Shown here: one piece after another, positions 8,749-11,648 of the stretch | Layout: each line of letters opens with the position of its first letter | Position numbering within the stretch: position 1 is the first letter of the stretch | Assembly: GCA_000388065.2 (NCBI GenBank) | Contig: KB932208.1 | DNA length: 11,648 nt | Reading direction: 5' to 3' (one strand) | DNA from: Fonticula alba ATCC 38817 | Taxonomy: Eukaryota; Protista; Nucleariida | Translations under genes and position numbers: made by a program | Notes under the pieces: generated by a model | The model's database searches: none | Told to the model about the DNA's origin: nothing | The model's input: only the letters and a program-made list of their open reading frames with translations

Positions 8749-9084
8749 CGTCGGAGAGGCAATCCCGGCGAGCGTGGGGATGCACATGCAAGCGCGCGGA
8801 TGCGCGCACGCATGGTTGTGTCCATCAAAAGAGACGCACCTTGCTGAGCTCCTCGCTGGTCTGGCAGGCCGAGAGCATGGTGATGTCGGCGCCGGCGATG
8901 AAGTTCCCCTGCTTGGCCGAGGTGAGGACGGCGCCGCGAACCGACGGGTGCGCGGCCAGGTGATCGAGGACCTTTTCGAACTCGGCCATCAGCGGCCCGG
9001 AAAGGGTGTTGACCTTGGAGTCCGGGGTGTCCAGGCGGATGATGGCGATGTTGTCGGGGCGATGCTCGACCGTGACATACTTGC
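5892..9084 (-). CDS. HADHA: Mitochondrial trifunctional enzyme subunit alpha (long-chain enoyl-CoA hydratase / 3-hydroxyacyl-CoA dehydrogenase), 5'-partial: complement join(9084-8840, 8619-8454, 8312-7726, 7517-6652 with frameshift, 6405-6270, 6072-5892)
   Basis: Crotonase domain: [38 protein letters not shown] and GLPEV, with both catalytic Glu present. HAD domain: Rossmann [39 protein letters not shown] (catalytic His) and [10 protein letters not shown]-terminal [20 protein letters not shown]. All five introns are GT..AG and phase-compatible. Confidence 0.93.
6171..6192. repeat. A22 homopolymer (U-tract on the HADHA pre-mRNA) in intron 6073-6269
   Basis: Directly visible. Confidence 0.9.
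6270..6405 (-). CDS. HADHA: HADHA exon (VDPAADSS to GAVFG)
   Basis: Acceptor atccAG (6407-6406), phase-1 match. Encodes [15 protein letters not shown] and DGDMGAVFG. Donor GTGCGT at 6269 (phase 2). Confidence 0.87.
6574..6611. repeat. (AG)19 microsatellite in HADHA intron 6406-6651 ((CT)n on the sense strand)
   Basis: Directly visible. Confidence 0.93.
6652..7517 (-). CDS. HADHA: HADHA exon ([13 protein letters not shown] to AKYK), containing a +1 frameshift at about 6711-6713
   Basis: Acceptor gtgTAG (7520-7518). Encodes the HAD domain motifs to [13 protein letters not shown], after which the sensible protein continues in another frame ([19 protein letters not shown]). Donor GTGCGT at 6651. 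Confidence 0.88.
7726..8312 (-). CDS. HADHA: HADHA exon (VMLGLLPG to GAGIAQ)
   Basis: Acceptor ttttcAG (8314-8313). Encodes [43 protein letters not shown] and [14 protein letters not shown]. Donor GTGCGT at 7725. Confidence 0.92.
8454..8619 (-). CDS. HADHA: HADHA exon ([12 protein letters not shown] to GLPE)
   Basis: Acceptor gcAG (8621-8620). Contains [21 protein letters not shown]. Donor GTGCGT at 8453 (phase 1). Confidence 0.92.
8713..8745. repeat. (GA)~16 microsatellite in HADHA intron 8620-8839
   Basis: Directly visible. Confidence 0.93.
8840..9084 (-). CDS. HADHA: HADHA exon (KYVTVEH to EELSK)
   Basis: A branch-like CTGAC precedes the acceptor cgTAG (9087-9085). Encodes [17 protein letters not shown] and [10 protein letters not shown]. 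Donor GTGCGT at 8839. An in-frame ATG at 9094 makes the exact 5' boundary ambiguous. Confidence 0.88.
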
Positions 9085-9133
9085 CTACGCTCATGGTCAG
9101 TGGGAGGCAGGAAGAGGGGGGAGTGGCAGGGGG

Positions 9134-9716
9134 NNNNNNNNNNNNNNNNNNNNNNNNNNNNNNNNNNNNNNNNNNNNNNNNNNNNNNNNNNNNNNNNNNN
9201 NNNNNNNNNNNNNNNNNNNNNNNNNNNNNNNNNNNNNNNNNNNNNNNNNNNNNNNNNNNNNNNNNNNNNNNNNNNNNNNNNNNNNNNNNNNNNNNNNNNN
9301 NNNNNNNNNNNNNNNNNNNNNNNNNNNNNNNNNNNNNNNNNNNNNNNNNNNNNNNNNNNNNNNNNNNNNNNNNNNNNNNNNNNNNNNNNNNNNNNNNNNN
9401 NNNNNNNNNNNNNNNNNNNNNNNNNNNNNNNNNNNNNNNNNNNNNNNNNNNNNNNNNNNNNNNNNNNNNNNNNNNNNNNNNNNNNNNNNNNNNNNNNNNN
9501 NNNNNNNNNNNNNNNNNNNNNNNNNNNNNNNNNNNNNNNNNNNNNNNNNNNNNNNNNNNNNNNNNNNNNNNNNNNNNNNNNNNNNNNNNNNNNNNNNNNN
9601 NNNNNNNNNNNNNNNNNNNNNNNNNNNNNNNNNNNNNNNNNNNNNNNNNNNNNNNNNNNNNNNNNNNNNNNNNNNNNNNNNNNNNNNNNNNNNNNNNNNN
9701 NNNNNNNNNNNNNNNN
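9134..9716. other. Assembly gap (583 N), possibly hiding the first HADHA exon
   Basis: Run of N flanked by G runs, immediately upstream of the first recognisable HADHA exon. Confidence 1.
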
Positions 9717-10226
9717 GGGGCGGGCTCATGGGGGTTGGATCCAGTGGATGAGCTGCTGGCAGCGGAGCCGGGGGTGTGTGGTCCGGTGACGGTCGGGGGC
9801 GTGGGTGGGTGCCCGGGGGGGGGGGGGGGGGGGGGGGGGACACCCCGCGGACAACGGAAAACCGGAGGAACCGAGAAGGAAAGAGGGGGCGGCGGGCAAG
9901 GAGAATGGGAGCAGGGGCACGGGGAGCAGCAAGTAGGGGGGGGGGGGGGAACCTGTCAGGTCGACAAAAACGAGTGGAGAACAAAGGCGGTGAGGAGTCC
10001 TCAAGAGGGAGGAGCGGCACGCATCTGAGTGCGGCCCGAAAAAGCTCACACCAACGACGGGCTAAAGCGGCCCGACACCACTCCGGCGGACCCGGCAAAG
10101 GGAGGGCGCACACAGAACCCCCCCCCCCCCCCCATTAGACATCCGGCGATGGGCGCCTGGGCCCCGGGCAGCAACAACATCCAGATGGGGGCTCGGCACC
10201 ATGCCCCCCACACGCACACACCGACT

Positions 10227-10250
10227 GGCCGGCCGGCCGGCCGGCCGGCC
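10227..10250. repeat. (GGCC)6 self-complementary tetranucleotide repeat
   Basis: ggccggccggccggccggccggcc is a 24-bp perfect palindrome. Confidence 0.93.
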
Positions 10251-11648
10251 GACCGACACAGACATCATCCGGCCCGTGCTCCCGGCCCTCATGCCCCGGG
10301 CCAGCCTAATCCGGCCGGCGGGCAAGCAGCGGGGCGTGGGGGCCAGCGAACGGTACGTCGTGTCGGGGCTGGTGCGCGATATGTGGGCAGGCGAAGAGCA
10401 TCCGAGCCTGCCCGGGCGGGGGGGGGGGGGGGGGGCGAGGGGCAGCCAGACCGCCCTTGCGCGGCCCCGGGGCCGCGCATCGGGCAACCAAATGCCGAAG
10501 ACCGGGGGACCGGGCCGGGGGCCGGCGGAACGCCCGAGATCGAGTGGCCGGGAAACAATTAAAAGCCCCCGGCCCACAAGGCGGAAAGGGCACGGGCGAA
10601 GATAAGGAATGCTTGCGCGGTCGGTCCTCCGGCGACAGAGAGAGATAGCCAAATCCGAGGCCCGGCGAGCAGGACTCTCACACAGCCGAGGCCGAATGAA
10701 ATCCACGCCCCGGGAAAATGCGGCCCGCGTGAAAAGACCCGCCCGGTCCGGGCGCTGGTGACTAGCGAGCGGTGGGGCCATCTGCGGGCCGGATCGGCGC
10801 CCGGGCGCGCACATCCGCATGCGGATGCGCGCACACCGGCCCCGGCGCATATCCCTGTCCGCCATGACCCCGAGGGGCTTTCACGCCTCGCCAGAGCGGC
10901 GCCCATACCCGGGCGAGACCGCCACCACACAAGGGCGCGGCGCCGCCGCTGCGTCCTCCCGCCTTACCCCTCCCCCGCGGGGGGGGGGGGGGGGGACATC
11001 CCCGCTTTTCCCTGACATGAAAGACAACACCAATGACTCAAGAGCACGGCACCCGAGACAGCGAAAGAATGGTCTTAGCTGTTTGTTGTTGCTGTTGCCC
11101 GCCGCTCCCCTGCAAGCCGGACCCTGACCCCGGCCCCGCCAGGAGAGGCACCGCACTTGCGAGACCTGGCCACAGACCCCTTCCCCGTGCTGTTTCCCGC
11201 CCCTGCCGCGCACGCTAACCGGAACAGGAGGTCCGTCCCCCATCCCCGCCCTCTGGGCAGAGGAAACCCGGGGCTATGAAAAAAGAGCGGCGTGTGCGCG
11301 CACGCCCGCGCGCCACAAAGCAGGCCCCATGTGAAAGGGTGGGGCCGAGTCTCGCGGCGGACCTATCACACGTGTGCCTTACCGTTCCGCGTGATCCCTC
11401 CCGCCTCTCGGTCTTAACTCGGGGCCCTTGCACAGGGCACACGGCGCGCCCGCCCGGCTCGTTAATCAGAAGGATGGGCATTTGGGGGGAATTAAAAGTG
11501 AACCGTGTGACCGGGGGATGTGTAGTTTGGAGGGGCGGACACAGAAGAGGCCCCCCCCCCCCCCAGAGAAAAGGGCGTTGGGTAAATGCCCAACCAAATG
11601 CAAGTGGGAGTAGGCAAGAAGAAGGGTGTATATTCCCCCCGACAGGGG

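Noticed and set aside
5892-9084. HADHA as a pseudogene
   Set aside because: Only one lesion, in a short homopolymer. Catalytic residues, splice sites and codon bias are intact on both sides.
8000-9751. 583-aa + strand ORF and other ORFs spanning N runs (5418-6233, 9006-10028, 9097-10113 etc.)
   Set aside because: Antisense to HADHA and/or artificially extended through assembly gaps.
8796-10834. Identical 14-mer GCGGATGCGCGCAC at 8796-8809 and 10821-10834
   Set aside because: One shared 14-mer of alternating GC-rich sequence in 11 kb is plausible by chance. There are no other repeat or TIR hallmarks.
10436-11648. Short ORFs in the last 1.2 kb
   Set aside because: R/P/G/A-rich translations without the codon bias or motifs seen in true exons. 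Treated as intergenic or promoter DNA.
1-11648. CRISPR array, tRNA/rRNA, transposon or prokaryotic operon
   Set aside because: No repeat-spacer periodicity, cloverleaf, rRNA-like segment, transposase/RT motif or TIR/TSD is visible. Gene structure is clearly spliceosomal.

Overview
GC-rich eukaryotic genomic DNA with spliceosomal introns of about 140-270 nt that are C/pyrimidine-rich on the sense strand. There are two assembly gaps (5506-5845, 9134-9716). Two convergent multi-exon genes explain most of the window. (1) + strand, 318-5147: the 3' part of a class V myosin, with the C-terminal half of the motor, six IQ motifs in 23/25 spacing, a coiled coil plus an unusual E/R/A-rich helical segment, and a DIL globular tail. 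(2) - strand, 9084-5892: a mitochondrial trifunctional enzyme alpha subunit (HADHA-like; enoyl-CoA hydratase + 3-hydroxyacyl-CoA dehydrogenase). Six exons were reconstructed, its 5' end is unresolved, and it has one +1 frameshift at about 6711-6713. The composition and poly-C introns resemble the holomycotan amoeba Fonticula alba (inference, not verified). No RNA gene, CRISPR array or mobile element is supportable. I did not find a convincing new biological system. The best leads are an exon-like block (62-168) that cannot be spliced in frame to the myosin, the SAH-like myosin V tail segment, the HADHA frameshift, and the uniform GTGCGT donors with strand-specific poly-C introns. Several of these may be assembly artefacts.
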